A stretch of DNA of 64,000 nucleotides, taken from the IMG/VR virus record IMGVR_UViG_3300042348_000780. One strand, 5' to 3'. Origin of the DNA: a virus. The notes beneath the pieces were generated by a model. It was not told the DNA's origin and made no database searches. It saw only the letters and a list, made by a program, of their open reading frames with translations. Positions within the stretch are counted from its first letter, which is position 1; each line of letters opens with the position of its first letter. Shown piece after piece: positions 40,239-49,781 of this stretch. The position numbers and the translations under genes were made by a program.

Positions 40239-40646
40239 ATGGAAGAAAATAATGATGATATTTTTGATGGATTGGGTGTTGAAGTGACCCTAAAATCAAA
40301 AGAAGACTTTTTAAAAATCAAGGAAACCCTCACAAGAATTGGCGTATCCTCAAAAAAGGAAAATAAACTATTTCAATCTTGTCATATTCTGCACAAGCGA
40401 GGTCGTTATGCAATAATGCATTTTAAAGAAATGTTTATACTTGATAATCTAGAGAGTGATATTTCTGATGATGATATTGGTAGAAGAAATACTATTGTAA
40501 AATTATTGATTGAGTGGGGTTTATGTGATGCAGTTGATCCTGAAGAATATAGCACACCACAACTTTCTTTAGCAAGAATTAAAATAGTATCACATAAAGA
40601 CAAAGTTAACTGGCAACTCGTTCCTAAATACCATATAGGAAAGTGA
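40239..40646 (+). CDS. regA: Translational repressor RegA
   Basis: DFLKIKETLTRIGV.S; LFQSCHILHK.GRY.I.HFKE.F.LD; RRNTI..LL..WGL; W.LVPKY.IG. Confidence 0.96.
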   Translation: MEENNDDIFDGLGVEVTLKSKEDFLKIKETLTRIGVSSKKENKLFQSCHILHKRGRYAIMHFKEMFILDNLESDISDDDIGRRNTIVKLLIEWGLCDAVDPEEYSTPQLSLARIKIVSHKDKVNWQLVPKYHIGK

Positions 40647-40658
40647 GTTGTTTTTAAT

Positions 40659-41501
40659 ATGGATATAATGCAAGCAATTGGAGCACCGTTTAATACAGAT
40701 CAGTCTTCCTGTTCTGACAAGAAACCTAAATTATTTTCATGGACGAAAGAAGATAGCAATATCAAGGTTTTTATAGATGCAGCTATTTCACATGGAATAA
40801 ATTACGTAAAGAAGCCTAACGAAAAAAAGATAGCATGGATTTGTGAATCAAGGGCGATATTTTATGAATTTAATTTTCCTAAAGATTTATTTGAAAAACA
40901 TCTTGAACGGATTTGTGACAGCTATGATGCTGTTTATTTTTCTGATAGGACATTTTGCAGTAAAAATAAAAAATTACATTTCTCGTTTGCTGGAAGTAAC
41001 CTTCCTTGGATAGAAGATCAACAAATATTTGAAAAGAATAAATTAGTATCTCTAATAGCATCACCAAAACAAGCAACAATAGGTCATCAAGTTCGTCATG
41101 CTTTGGCAGACAAATGGAAAGATAAAGTTGATTTATATGGTGGTGTATTAGGATCACAAAGATTTGGATATGAGAAACGACCTTGGGGAGATAAAAGTCG
41201 TGCCTTGAATCCATATATGTTTTCAATTGTTATTGAAAATGATAAGTATCCAACTTACTTTACAGAAAAATTAACAGACTGTTTTGCAACTGGAACAATA
41301 CCTGTATATTGGGGTACACCTGATATTGGTAATTATTTCAATTCAGAAGGAATTATTACACTTGATTCATCATTTGATCCATCACAATTAACAGAAGAAT
41401 TATATTATAGTAAGATGGATGCAATTAAACATAATTTCGAACGTGTGAAAAAATTAGAGAATGCAGATGACATTCTTTATCACATGATAAAACAAATATA
41501 A
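40659..41501 (+). CDS. Glycosyltransferase, GT10 (fucosyltransferase-like) family
   Basis: YMFSIVIEN...YFTEKLTDCFATGTIPVYWG is the GT10-type donor-binding motif. Confidence 0.8.
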   Translation: MDIMQAIGAPFNTDQSSCSDKKPKLFSWTKEDSNIKVFIDAAISHGINYVKKPNEKKIAWICESRAIFYEFNFPKDLFEKHLERICDSYDAVYFSDRTFCSKNKKLHFSFAGSNLPWIEDQQIFEKNKLVSLIASPKQATIGHQVRHALADKWKDKVDLYGGVLGSQRFGYEKRPWGDKSRALNPYMFSIVIENDKYPTYFTEKLTDCFATGTIPVYWGTPDIGNYFNSEGIITLDSSFDPSQLTEELYYSKMDAIKHNFERVKKLENADDILYHMIKQI

Positions 41502-41504
41502 ATA
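41497..41504 (+). promoter_or_regulatory. Late promoter TATAAATA inside the glycosylation island
   Basis: Exact consensus overlapping the stop codon, 7 nt before the ATG at 41512. Confidence 0.6.
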
Positions 41505-41511
41505 CTAGACC

Positions 41512-42195
41512 ATGAAGACACCTGTGATTTCTTTTTATGCTGACGTAGATGGTCGCACTTATTATAGCGATCATGCCACAAGATTGAAAAAAAATCTTGA
41601 GGAACATTCCGTACCAAACTTTATTAGACATAAACCATCAAAGGGAAATTATCGTTCTAATTGTTTATCAAAACCTAGATTTATTCTTGAGATGATGAAC
41701 GAATTAAGAACACCACTTGTTTGGTTAGATGTAGATTCAATTGTACATAAACCTCTTGAAGTTTTTGATGAGTTTCACGATAAAGTTGATTTAGCTATGG
41801 CATTTCCTAAAGTTCCTACAAAGGAAGATACAACTATTGGTATGCCAAAAGCATCACCAATATACTTAAATCAAACACCAAAATCTTATGAATTTATATA
41901 TGCTTGGATTGAGGCAAGTGAAGAATTAGAACGACAAGCAAATATTGCATTTGATCATGAAGTTTTGTTAAAGATATTCATGAAAATGATAAACGAGAAT
42001 ACTGGTGTTCGTATGGCTTTTTTAGGAAATGCTTATTGTGTTTGGCCTGGTATACCGATTCAAGGTGGAGAACCAGTAATTACAATGGGATTAGCGGATG
42101 GAGAATCAAAAGAACAGGTATTGAGAGATATGGGTTTTGATGAACACAATATTAAATTTCAAAGCCCAGGAAATAAGTTTTTGGTGAATCAATGA
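41512..42195 (+). CDS. Nucleotide-diphospho-sugar transferase (GT-A fold, DXD motif)
   Basis: KPRFILEM...LVWLDVDS; FDHEVL. Confidence 0.7.
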   Translation: MKTPVISFYADVDGRTYYSDHATRLKKNLEEHSVPNFIRHKPSKGNYRSNCLSKPRFILEMMNELRTPLVWLDVDSIVHKPLEVFDEFHDKVDLAMAFPKVPTKEDTTIGMPKASPIYLNQTPKSYEFIYAWIEASEELERQANIAFDHEVLLKIFMKMINENTGVRMAFLGNAYCVWPGIPIQGGEPVITMGLADGESKEQVLRDMGFDEHNIKFQSPGNKFLVNQ

Positions 42196-43025
42196 AACCT
42201 GTAATATTGAATGCTGATTATATGATATCTTCTGAAGATATTCCAGATATCATGCATCCAACAGAAATATATTTTACAAGATTTGGTACTAATAAATTTC
42301 CAAATGGAGAACCATCGTTTATTGGTGAAAATTCATATAAAATATTTTGTCATGTAAATGAACCAACAACTTCTAGATGGGTTGAACCTGTAGAAAATAT
42401 TATAAAGCATCACAAAAAGTATGATAAAATTGTAACATCAAATCCAGAAGTTTTAGATAAATGTTCAAACGCAAAGTTCATGGTGTACGGAACAACATGG
42501 TTAAATAAGTCAAAACATCATCCAGATTCATTTGGAAAATTTACTAATGATCTAGTAACTCTTCAGAAAGAATTAAGTCTTTCTATGGTATGTGGATCTT
42601 TATATGGAAAACCTGGATATAATCTAAGACATATTATATTTCAAAATCAAGATAAAATTTTAGTATCTAAAAAATTTTATAGTTCAACACGTTTTATGAT
42701 ACCAAATGTTCCAACATTACCCAATGATGATAAAATACATCTATTTAATAGCATGTATTCAGTAGCAATTGAAAGCACACAAGAAGTAAATTATTTTTCT
42801 GAAAAAATAGTAGATTGTCTGATAACTAAAACAATCCCTATATATTGGGGATGTCCAAACATATCAGATTTTTTTGATACATCATATTGGTTAAATATTG
42901 ATGATCTTATAAATTTTAAATTTACTGATGATTATTACTATAGTAATTTAGAAAAAATAAATATTAATTTTGAAAAATCAAAACAATATTGTGATAACAT
43001 TATAGAAAGAATATTAAAATTATGA
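42192..43025 (+). CDS. Second GT10-like glycosyltransferase
   Basis: MYSVAIES...NYFSEKIVDCLITKTIPIYWG.PNI. Confidence 0.75.
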   Translation: MKPVILNADYMISSEDIPDIMHPTEIYFTRFGTNKFPNGEPSFIGENSYKIFCHVNEPTTSRWVEPVENIIKHHKKYDKIVTSNPEVLDKCSNAKFMVYGTTWLNKSKHHPDSFGKFTNDLVTLQKELSLSMVCGSLYGKPGYNLRHIIFQNQDKILVSKKFYSSTRFMIPNVPTLPNDDKIHLFNSMYSVAIESTQEVNYFSEKIVDCLITKTIPIYWGCPNISDFFDTSYWLNIDDLINFKFTDDYYYSNLEKININFEKSKQYCDNIIERILKL

Positions 43026-43720
43026 ATAAGCGAGTATTATTAGTAACTGGAATAGGGAAATTACAACTAGATGTTTATTCTGCTGGTGGTGATTTGCCTA
43101 TTAAACAAATAGCAGAAATGACATTTCCTTCTAAACAAAGATATGCTTCTAAACATGGTTATGATTTATTAAAAATTGAAGATTTTGGTTCTGATAAAGA
43201 AAAAAATATAGATGAAAGTAATATGGGATTTATGAGAGCGGCTAGAACATCCGATATGTTAAACTATTATGATATAGTAGTGTGGATTGATGCCGATTCC
43301 ATAATAACAAATGATCAAATTAAAATAGAAAATTTTCCAATAGAAGAAGACATAACATTCTATGCATCATATGATTGGAATGGAAAATATAGTATAAGTG
43401 GCGGTAATTTTATGTTTGTTAAAAATAAAAATACTGAACATTTTCTTGAAGTATTTTATAGTCTTGTTGGAAAAGCTAAACATGAACAAGAAGCTATGAA
43501 TTTTTTATATTTTAGAACACCTTATAAAAATATGATGAAAATTCTTGATCATGATTATTTAAATGCAGCTCCAACTAGAGAAATGTATGCTGAACAATGG
43601 GCCACTAGAGGAGATATACCTTATCCATGGAATGAAAAATCTTTTTTATGTCATTTAACTGGAGCCTCTAATAGACATAGAGAAAGAATATTAAAATCTT
43701 ACTTTAATAATTTTTTATAA
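43022..43720 (+). CDS. Glycosyltransferase, GT34/MNN10-like (GT-A fold)
   Basis: YASKHGYDL; VVWIDADSIITN; HEQEAM; FLCHLTG. Confidence 0.7.
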   Translation: MNKRVLLVTGIGKLQLDVYSAGGDLPIKQIAEMTFPSKQRYASKHGYDLLKIEDFGSDKEKNIDESNMGFMRAARTSDMLNYYDIVVWIDADSIITNDQIKIENFPIEEDITFYASYDWNGKYSISGGNFMFVKNKNTEHFLEVFYSLVGKAKHEQEAMNFLYFRTPYKNMMKILDHDYLNAAPTREMYAEQWATRGDIPYPWNEKSFLCHLTGASNRHRERILKSYFNNFL

Positions 43721-43815
43721 GAACATAAATATATGTTATCAATTATTACTTATATTTAAATAAAAATATTTTATATATTGACATCTGTTAATAAAATATG
43801 ATAGAGAATTTTAAA

Positions 43816-44769
43816 ATGAAAAAAATTGTATATGTTACAGGTTGTTTAGGCTTTATTGGTTCATATATAACTCGTTTATGTTTACAGCGAGGATGGTATG
43901 TAAAAGGTGTTGATAAAATAACATATGCTGCAAATAAAGATTTATTAAATGAATTTACAAAATATGAAAACTTTTCATTTGTACATTGTGATATAAATGA
44001 TCTTAAATTTTTATATGACTGTGATTATGTAATTAATACAGCAGCAGAAACACATGTTGGAAATTCTATAGCAAATAGTGATGATTTTATTAAATCAAAT
44101 ATAGACGGTGTACATAATTTATTAGAATTGATAAGAAATTATAGGCAAGAAACTGGAAAAATACCAACCTTGTTTCATTTTAGCACTGATGAAGTTTATG
44201 GAGATATTGAAGAAGGTGCTCACACAGAAACAGATTTACTTAAGCCATCCAATCCATATTCAGCGACTAAAGCAGCAGCAGATATGCTAATATTAGCCTG
44301 GGCTAGAACGTATGGAATCCCATATGTTATTGTTAGACCAACAAATAATTATGGAATAGGTCAATATGTTGAAAAATTAATTCCAAAATCATGTAAATAT
44401 CTTGCTTTGGGGAGAAAAATACCACTTCATAACAATGGAACACCTATAAGAAATTGGTTACATGCTGAAGATACAGCAAGAGCAGTTTTAAATATTATTG
44501 ATAAAGATGTTAAAAATGAAATATACAATATTTGTGGTGGATTTGAACAAAGTAATTTTGAAACAGTAAATCAAATTTTGAAATGTCATAATATTCCAGA
44601 AGAAAAATTACAAAATTATATTGATTTGTCTTTCAATCGAACTGGACAGGATGTAAGATATGCATTGAATGATTCTAAACTAAGATCATTAGGTTGGAAT
44701 CCAATTAAAATTTTTGAAAAAGAATTAAAAGATATAGTAAAACACTATCAGGAAAAATTTATATGGTAA
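43816..44769 (+). CDS. rfbB: NDP-glucose 4,6-dehydratase (RmlB/RfbB-like extended SDR)
   Basis: VTGCLGFIG; AAETHV; STDEVYG; PSNPYSATKA; NNYG..Q..EKLIP; R.GQD.RY. Alternative start at 43798. Confidence 0.88.
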   Translation: MKKIVYVTGCLGFIGSYITRLCLQRGWYVKGVDKITYAANKDLLNEFTKYENFSFVHCDINDLKFLYDCDYVINTAAETHVGNSIANSDDFIKSNIDGVHNLLELIRNYRQETGKIPTLFHFSTDEVYGDIEEGAHTETDLLKPSNPYSATKAAADMLILAWARTYGIPYVIVRPTNNYGIGQYVEKLIPKSCKYLALGRKIPLHNNGTPIRNWLHAEDTARAVLNIIDKDVKNEIYNICGGFEQSNFETVNQILKCHNIPEEKLQNYIDLSFNRTGQDVRYALNDSKLRSLGWNPIKIFEKELKDIVKHYQEKFIW

Positions 44770-45836
44770 ATAATATATTTGAAAATTTATTTGTTCTTGA
44801 GTTAGCAAATAATCATTGGGGATCATTAAAACGAGGAAAGCAAATTGTAAAACAATTTGCTAAAGTTGTAAAAACAAATAAAGTTAAAGCAGCAATTAAA
44901 TTACAGTTTAGAGATGTAGATACATTTATTCATAAAGATTTTAAAACTGAAGGAAAAGGTGAAGAGTTAACTAATTTACCTAAAAGAAGTAGATATATTC
45001 AAAAAACATGTAAAACAAAATTAACATATGACGAATTTGAAGAACTCATTAATTATATTCGTAAACATGATTGTATTCCAATGGCAACTCCATTTGATGA
45101 GCAATCTGTAGATTGGTGTGTTTCTATGAATTTACCTATCATAAAAATAGCAAGTGCTGATATTAATGATTGGATATTAATTAAAAAAATAGCATCAACA
45201 AAAAAACCTGTAATTATTTCAACGGGTGGAGCAAATGATAAACAGATAGATGATGTTGTTAAGTATTTTACAAATAGAAATATTTTAATATCAGTTAATC
45301 ATTGTGTTTCAAAATATCCAAGCGAAGATAATGAATTAGAATTACATCAGATTGATTATTTAAAACTAAAATATCCAAATATAGTTATAGGATTATCTAC
45401 TCACGAATATCATGATTGGTATTCTTCTGTGTTGATATCATATGGTAAGGGCGTTAGAACATGGGAGAGACACATAGATATTCCATATCCAAAAGATCAC
45501 CAACAAACTGAAATATCTAGTTATTGTTCAACACCAGAACAAATTGATACTTGGTTTAAATCATACAATAAAGCAGTTGAAATGTGTGGTTCTTCATCAT
45601 TAATTAGAAGAATTATTGATGACAAGGAAAAAAAATATTTAGAATCTTTATATCGCGGATTGTATCTAAAAAGAGATATAAATAAAGGAGAAAGTGTGAG
45701 TTTAGATGATTTATATTCTGCTATTCCATATCAGAAAGAAATAAATCAATTAACCTCAAGAGATTTTATTGAAAATGATGCGATTGCTTTGAGAAATTTA
45801 AAAAAGGATTCTCCTTTAATCGTGGATGATATTTAA
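44763..45836 (+). CDS. N-acetylneuraminate synthase family protein (NeuB/PseI/SpsE-like) with a C-terminal SAF/AFP-like tail
   Basis: ELANNH.G; TPFD..SVD; KIASAD; PVIISTG; HCVSKYP; GLSTH; ERH. Confidence 0.85.
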   Translation: MVNNIFENLFVLELANNHWGSLKRGKQIVKQFAKVVKTNKVKAAIKLQFRDVDTFIHKDFKTEGKGEELTNLPKRSRYIQKTCKTKLTYDEFEELINYIRKHDCIPMATPFDEQSVDWCVSMNLPIIKIASADINDWILIKKIASTKKPVIISTGGANDKQIDDVVKYFTNRNILISVNHCVSKYPSEDNELELHQIDYLKLKYPNIVIGLSTHEYHDWYSSVLISYGKGVRTWERHIDIPYPKDHQQTEISSYCSTPEQIDTWFKSYNKAVEMCGSSSLIRRIIDDKEKKYLESLYRGLYLKRDINKGESVSLDDLYSAIPYQKEINQLTSRDFIENDAIALRNLKKDSPLIVDDI

Positions 45837-45837
45837 T

Positions 45838-47574
45838 ATGAAAATTTCTGATTTAGTTTTTAAATTTATAAAAGATAAAGGAATAGACACAGTTTTTACT
45901 GTGTCTGGTGGTGGATGTATGCATTTAATTGATTCTTTGGGGAAAAATAAAGAATTAAAATATATCTGCAATCATCATGAACAAGCTTGTTCTATGGCAG
46001 CAGAAGCATATGCAAGAATAAAAAATATACCTGGTTGTGTTTTGGTCACTACTGGTCCTGGTGGAACAAATGCTCTTACAGGAGTTTTATGTGCTTTTCA
46101 GGATTCTATTCCTATGATTGTAATTTCTGGACAAGTTCCATCTGATCAATTGTCAAATGGAACTGGTTGTAGGCAAATAGGACAGCAAGAATATAATATT
46201 GTTGATACAGTAAGACCTATGACGAAATATGCTGTTACTATAACAGATAAAAACAGTATATTGTACCATTTAGAAAAGGCATATCATTTAGCAGTTTCTG
46301 GGCGTCCTGGGCCTGTGTGGTTAGATATACCACTTGACATACAGAGCAGCGAAGTTAATATTTCTAAATTAAAAAAATTTATTTTACCAAAGCAAAAAAA
46401 TAATAAAATAATCAATTCGTTATATTTAAATAAACTTCAAAAATTACTGTTAAAAAGTAAAAGACCAGTTGTTGTTGTTGGTAATGGTGTTCGTGTGTCA
46501 AATAATGTTGATAATTTACTAGAATTTTTAAATAAAACAGGTATTCCAGTCTTAACTGGACCCCATTCAGCGGTTGATGTTGTAAATTCTGATTATGAAT
46601 ATTATGCTGGTAGGTTTGGAATTTTAGGACAACGCACATCAAATCAAATTATACAGGAGTCAGATTTAGTAATATCTCTTGGATCTAGATTAAATCCAAA
46701 AATGATTGGATATGATCAATCAAAATTTGCTCCTGGGGCAACTAAATTTATAATCGATGTTGATAAAAACGAAATTAAAAAATTAAAATTTAAAAATAAA
46801 ATAGGTTGGTGTATTGATCTTCGTTTGTTTTTTAACATGATTAAAAATGTTAAAGTAAATGATATAAGTGAATGGCAAAATAATATTAAAAAATATAGAA
46901 ATAATGAAATATTAGTTTTAGAAAAACATAAGTTTTTAAAAGATTATGTTAGTAGCTATGTTTTTTCTAATAAATTAGAAAAATATTTATCAGAAGATTC
47001 AATTATAGTAACTAGTGATGGAACAGCTCATGTAGTACCTTTAAAAACTATAACCTTAAAAGGCAAACAAAGACTTTTTAGTAATGAAGGAACTGCTCCA
47101 ATGGGTTATGGATTGCCAGCAGCAATTGGAGCACATTATGGAAGTAAAAAAGAGATAATATGCATAGAAGGAGATGGAAGTATTATGATGAATCTACAAG
47201 AATTAGAAACAGTTTGTCATAATAAAGTACCAATAAAAATATTTATTCTAAATAATTGTGGTTACTTATCAATCAAATTAACTCAAAATTCATTTTTTAA
47301 AGGAAATTTAGTTGCTTCTGAAATTTCTTCTGGTGTTTCAATTCCTTCATTTGAAAAAATAGCTAATGCATTTGGTTTGAAGTATATTTCTATTAAAACA
47401 AATGATATGTTAGATCCTAAATTAAATGAAGTATTTTCAAATAAAGAAAGTATTTTAATTGAAATATTCAGTGATCCTAATGAACAACACGAACCAAAAG
47501 TTATTTCTAAAGGAATTGATAAAAATGGAAAAATTATTCCAGGCGAATTGACAGATATGAATGTGAAAACTTAA
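45838..47574 (+). CDS. Thiamine-diphosphate-dependent enzyme (acetolactate synthase family; YerE-like sugar C-branching enzyme by context)
   Basis: HHEQA catalytic Glu; TTGPG.TN; GRPGPVW.DIP.D; MGYGLPAAIGA; ThDP motif GDGS...NN. Confidence 0.85.
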   Translation: MKISDLVFKFIKDKGIDTVFTVSGGGCMHLIDSLGKNKELKYICNHHEQACSMAAEAYARIKNIPGCVLVTTGPGGTNALTGVLCAFQDSIPMIVISGQVPSDQLSNGTGCRQIGQQEYNIVDTVRPMTKYAVTITDKNSILYHLEKAYHLAVSGRPGPVWLDIPLDIQSSEVNISKLKKFILPKQKNNKIINSLYLNKLQKLLLKSKRPVVVVGNGVRVSNNVDNLLEFLNKTGIPVLTGPHSAVDVVNSDYEYYAGRFGILGQRTSNQIIQESDLVISLGSRLNPKMIGYDQSKFAPGATKFIIDVDKNEIKKLKFKNKIGWCIDLRLFFNMIKNVKVNDISEWQNNIKKYRNNEILVLEKHKFLKDYVSSYVFSNKLEKYLSEDSIIVTSDGTAHVVPLKTITLKGKQRLFSNEGTAPMGYGLPAAIGAHYGSKKEIICIEGDGSIMMNLQELETVCHNKVPIKIFILNNCGYLSIKLTQNSFFKGNLVASEISSGVSIPSFEKIANAFGLKYISIKTNDMLDPKLNEVFSNKESILIEIFSDPNEQHEPKVISKGIDKNGKIIPGELTDMNVKT

Positions 47575-47575
47575 T

Positions 47576-48334
47576 ATGAAACTTTTTAAAAATACAAATT
47601 ATAATCGTTCACTGTATGACAATACTAAATCATTAACAGAAATTGCAAATTTGTTTGAAACAGATAAAGGTAATGCTGATTCAAAATCTTTATCATGGAG
47701 TAAAGATTATCCAGAGCACTTTTCTATGTCATATACTATAACCTATGAAAAGTATATGAATAATTATAGAGAAGATCATGTTAAATTATTTGAAATAGGA
47801 ATTTGTGATAAAAGATTTCCATACGCTTCACAAAAAATGTGGTTAACATTTTTTAAAAATGTAGAATTATATGGGATGGATAATTTTTGGGGTAATTATT
47901 TAGAAGATAAAACTAAAGATATAAATTTTTTAAATGAATTGGGTGTAAATTTTATATATGCTGATCAAGGAAATTTTTGCGATTGGAATGAAATAAAAGA
48001 ACAATGCCCAAATAATTTTGATTTTTTTATTGAAGATGGTAGTCATTGGCCAAATCATATGGCAGTAAGTTTGTGGCAAGCAAAAGATTTAGTAAAACAA
48101 AATGGATATTATTTTATGGAAGATATTCAAAATCCAAAAACTAGTCGTGGGATGTTTAAATATGATAACGCATTATTGTGTGAAGATTTAATCAATACAC
48201 AAAAAACTGGAATTTTTAAAAGCCATTTTTTAAATAATCAACAGAATTTAGATATTAATAAATCTTTTGAATTAGTTGAATTAGTGTTGGATCCAAAATC
48301 AATAAATTATTTAGCAATATTTAGAAAGATATAA
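47576..48334 (+). CDS. Class I SAM-dependent O-methyltransferase (sugar O-MT, MycE/TylE-like)
   Basis: TDKG; LFEIG; ADQG; IEDGSH; YFMEDI. Confidence 0.7.
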   Translation: MKLFKNTNYNRSLYDNTKSLTEIANLFETDKGNADSKSLSWSKDYPEHFSMSYTITYEKYMNNYREDHVKLFEIGICDKRFPYASQKMWLTFFKNVELYGMDNFWGNYLEDKTKDINFLNELGVNFIYADQGNFCDWNEIKEQCPNNFDFFIEDGSHWPNHMAVSLWQAKDLVKQNGYYFMEDIQNPKTSRGMFKYDNALLCEDLINTQKTGIFKSHFLNNQQNLDINKSFELVELVLDPKSINYLAIFRKI

Positions 48335-48335
48335 A

Positions 48336-49013
48336 ATGATAAAAATTAAAACATTAGATGAATTAGCAAATTTTTATAAAACCGATAAAGGTACTATGTT
48401 TGAAACTCCATGTAAACATGGTTATGCACCAATATATGATGAATTATTAACGCCATTAAGAGATAAAGATATTTCTTTATTGGAAGTTGGTGTTTGGTTA
48501 GAAACTTCATCCATTGGTGGTGAATCTTTAAATATGTGGAAAGAATATTTTAAAAATGCAAATATATATGCATTTGATATTAGAGATATGAAAAATCATC
48601 CATTTTTTGTAAATAACACTAATGTGTATTTTTACAATGGAGATCAGGGCAACCGAGACGATTTTGTATCTATGCATAATGCATTTAATAATGTATTTTT
48701 TGATTTTATTCTTGAGGATGGATCACATAATGCAAATCATCAAATGATTTCATTTGCTAGTTTATTTAAATATGTTAAACCTGGGGGCATTTATATCTTA
48801 GAAGATATAACATTACCTGGTGTTGCCAACTGTAATGGAATGAATAATAATCCAACATGGTATACTTTGAATGGTTTTATTGAAAATAAACAAATAATAT
48901 CTAATTATTTAACAGATGAAGAAACCTCCTATCTTACTGATAACATAGACAAAATAATAATACATAACGATATTAAGAATCAATGGGCTACGGCTATAAT
49001 TTATAAAAAATGA
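48336..49013 (+). CDS. Class I SAM-dependent O-methyltransferase (paralog)
   Basis: TDKG...HGY..IY; LLEVGV; GDQG; LEDGSH; KPGGIYILEDI. Confidence 0.78.
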   Translation: MIKIKTLDELANFYKTDKGTMFETPCKHGYAPIYDELLTPLRDKDISLLEVGVWLETSSIGGESLNMWKEYFKNANIYAFDIRDMKNHPFFVNNTNVYFYNGDQGNRDDFVSMHNAFNNVFFDFILEDGSHNANHQMISFASLFKYVKPGGIYILEDITLPGVANCNGMNNNPTWYTLNGFIENKQIISNYLTDEETSYLTDNIDKIIIHNDIKNQWATAIIYKK

Positions 49014-49780
49014 ATATTTTAATAACAGGCGGTAATGGATACATCGCAAAAAAATTAAAGCAAAATTTAAATTATAATATACTCGCAGTCACTCGTCACG
49101 ATTTTGACCTTGAAGATACTACAGCTGTTCATAAGTGGTTTCGTGATAAAACATTTGATGTAGTAATACATACAGCAATATCTGGTGGGAGCAGATTAAA
49201 ATCTGATGATTCTAGCATTATAGAATCAAATTTAAAAATGTATTACAATTTATATAATGAAAGACATCAGTTTGGTAAACTTATATCTTTTGGTTCAGGT
49301 GCAGAAATATTTGCATCAAATACACCATATGGTGAAAGTAAAAAAAGAATTGCAGAATCAATTCAAAATACTAATAATTTTTACAATATTCGCATATTTA
49401 ATGTATTTGATGAGAATGAATTAGAAACTCGATTTGTAAAAGCAAATATCATAAGACATATTCGCAATCAACCAATGATAATATTTAACGATAAAATCAT
49501 GGATTTTTACTACATGAAAGATTTATTATCTTTAGTGGAATATTATCTAGTAAATAGTGATTTGCCAAAAGAATCAAATTGTAGTTACGAGATTAAGTTT
49601 ACATTAAAGCAAATAGCAAATTTTATAAATTCACTAGACAATCACAAAGTTCCTGTTATAATTCAAAGCCAAAAACATTTAGAATTTTATTGTGATTCTG
49701 CACATGATCTAAATATAAATGAAATAGGACTAAAACAGGGTATAATTAATACTTATAATATTCTAAAAAATAGAGGTTAA
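49010..49780 (+). CDS. NAD(P)-dependent epimerase/reductase (extended SDR; YerF-like by context)
   Basis: ILITGGNGYI; DVVIHTA; FGSGAE; YGESK (YxxxK). Confidence 0.8.
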   Translation: MNILITGGNGYIAKKLKQNLNYNILAVTRHDFDLEDTTAVHKWFRDKTFDVVIHTAISGGSRLKSDDSSIIESNLKMYYNLYNERHQFGKLISFGSGAEIFASNTPYGESKKRIAESIQNTNNFYNIRIFNVFDENELETRFVKANIIRHIRNQPMIIFNDKIMDFYYMKDLLSLVEYYLVNSDLPKESNCSYEIKFTLKQIANFINSLDNHKVPVIIQSQKHLEFYCDSAHDLNINEIGLKQGIINTYNILKNRG

Positions 49781-49781
49781 T

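Noticed and set aside
43778-43810. TTGACA upstream of the dehydratase as a sigma70 promoter
   Set aside because: No convincing -10 hexamer at 16-18 bp spacing.
179-45690. TATAAATA copies inside coding regions (e.g. 179, 15464, 16786, ~34306)
   Set aside because: At about 70% A+T, several chance matches are expected; only copies at gene junctions were called.
45838-47574. Acetolactate synthase (ilvB) as an amino-acid auxiliary metabolic gene
   Set aside because: It is embedded among nucleotide-sugar genes with no regulatory subunit or other ilv genes; a sugar-branching role fits better.
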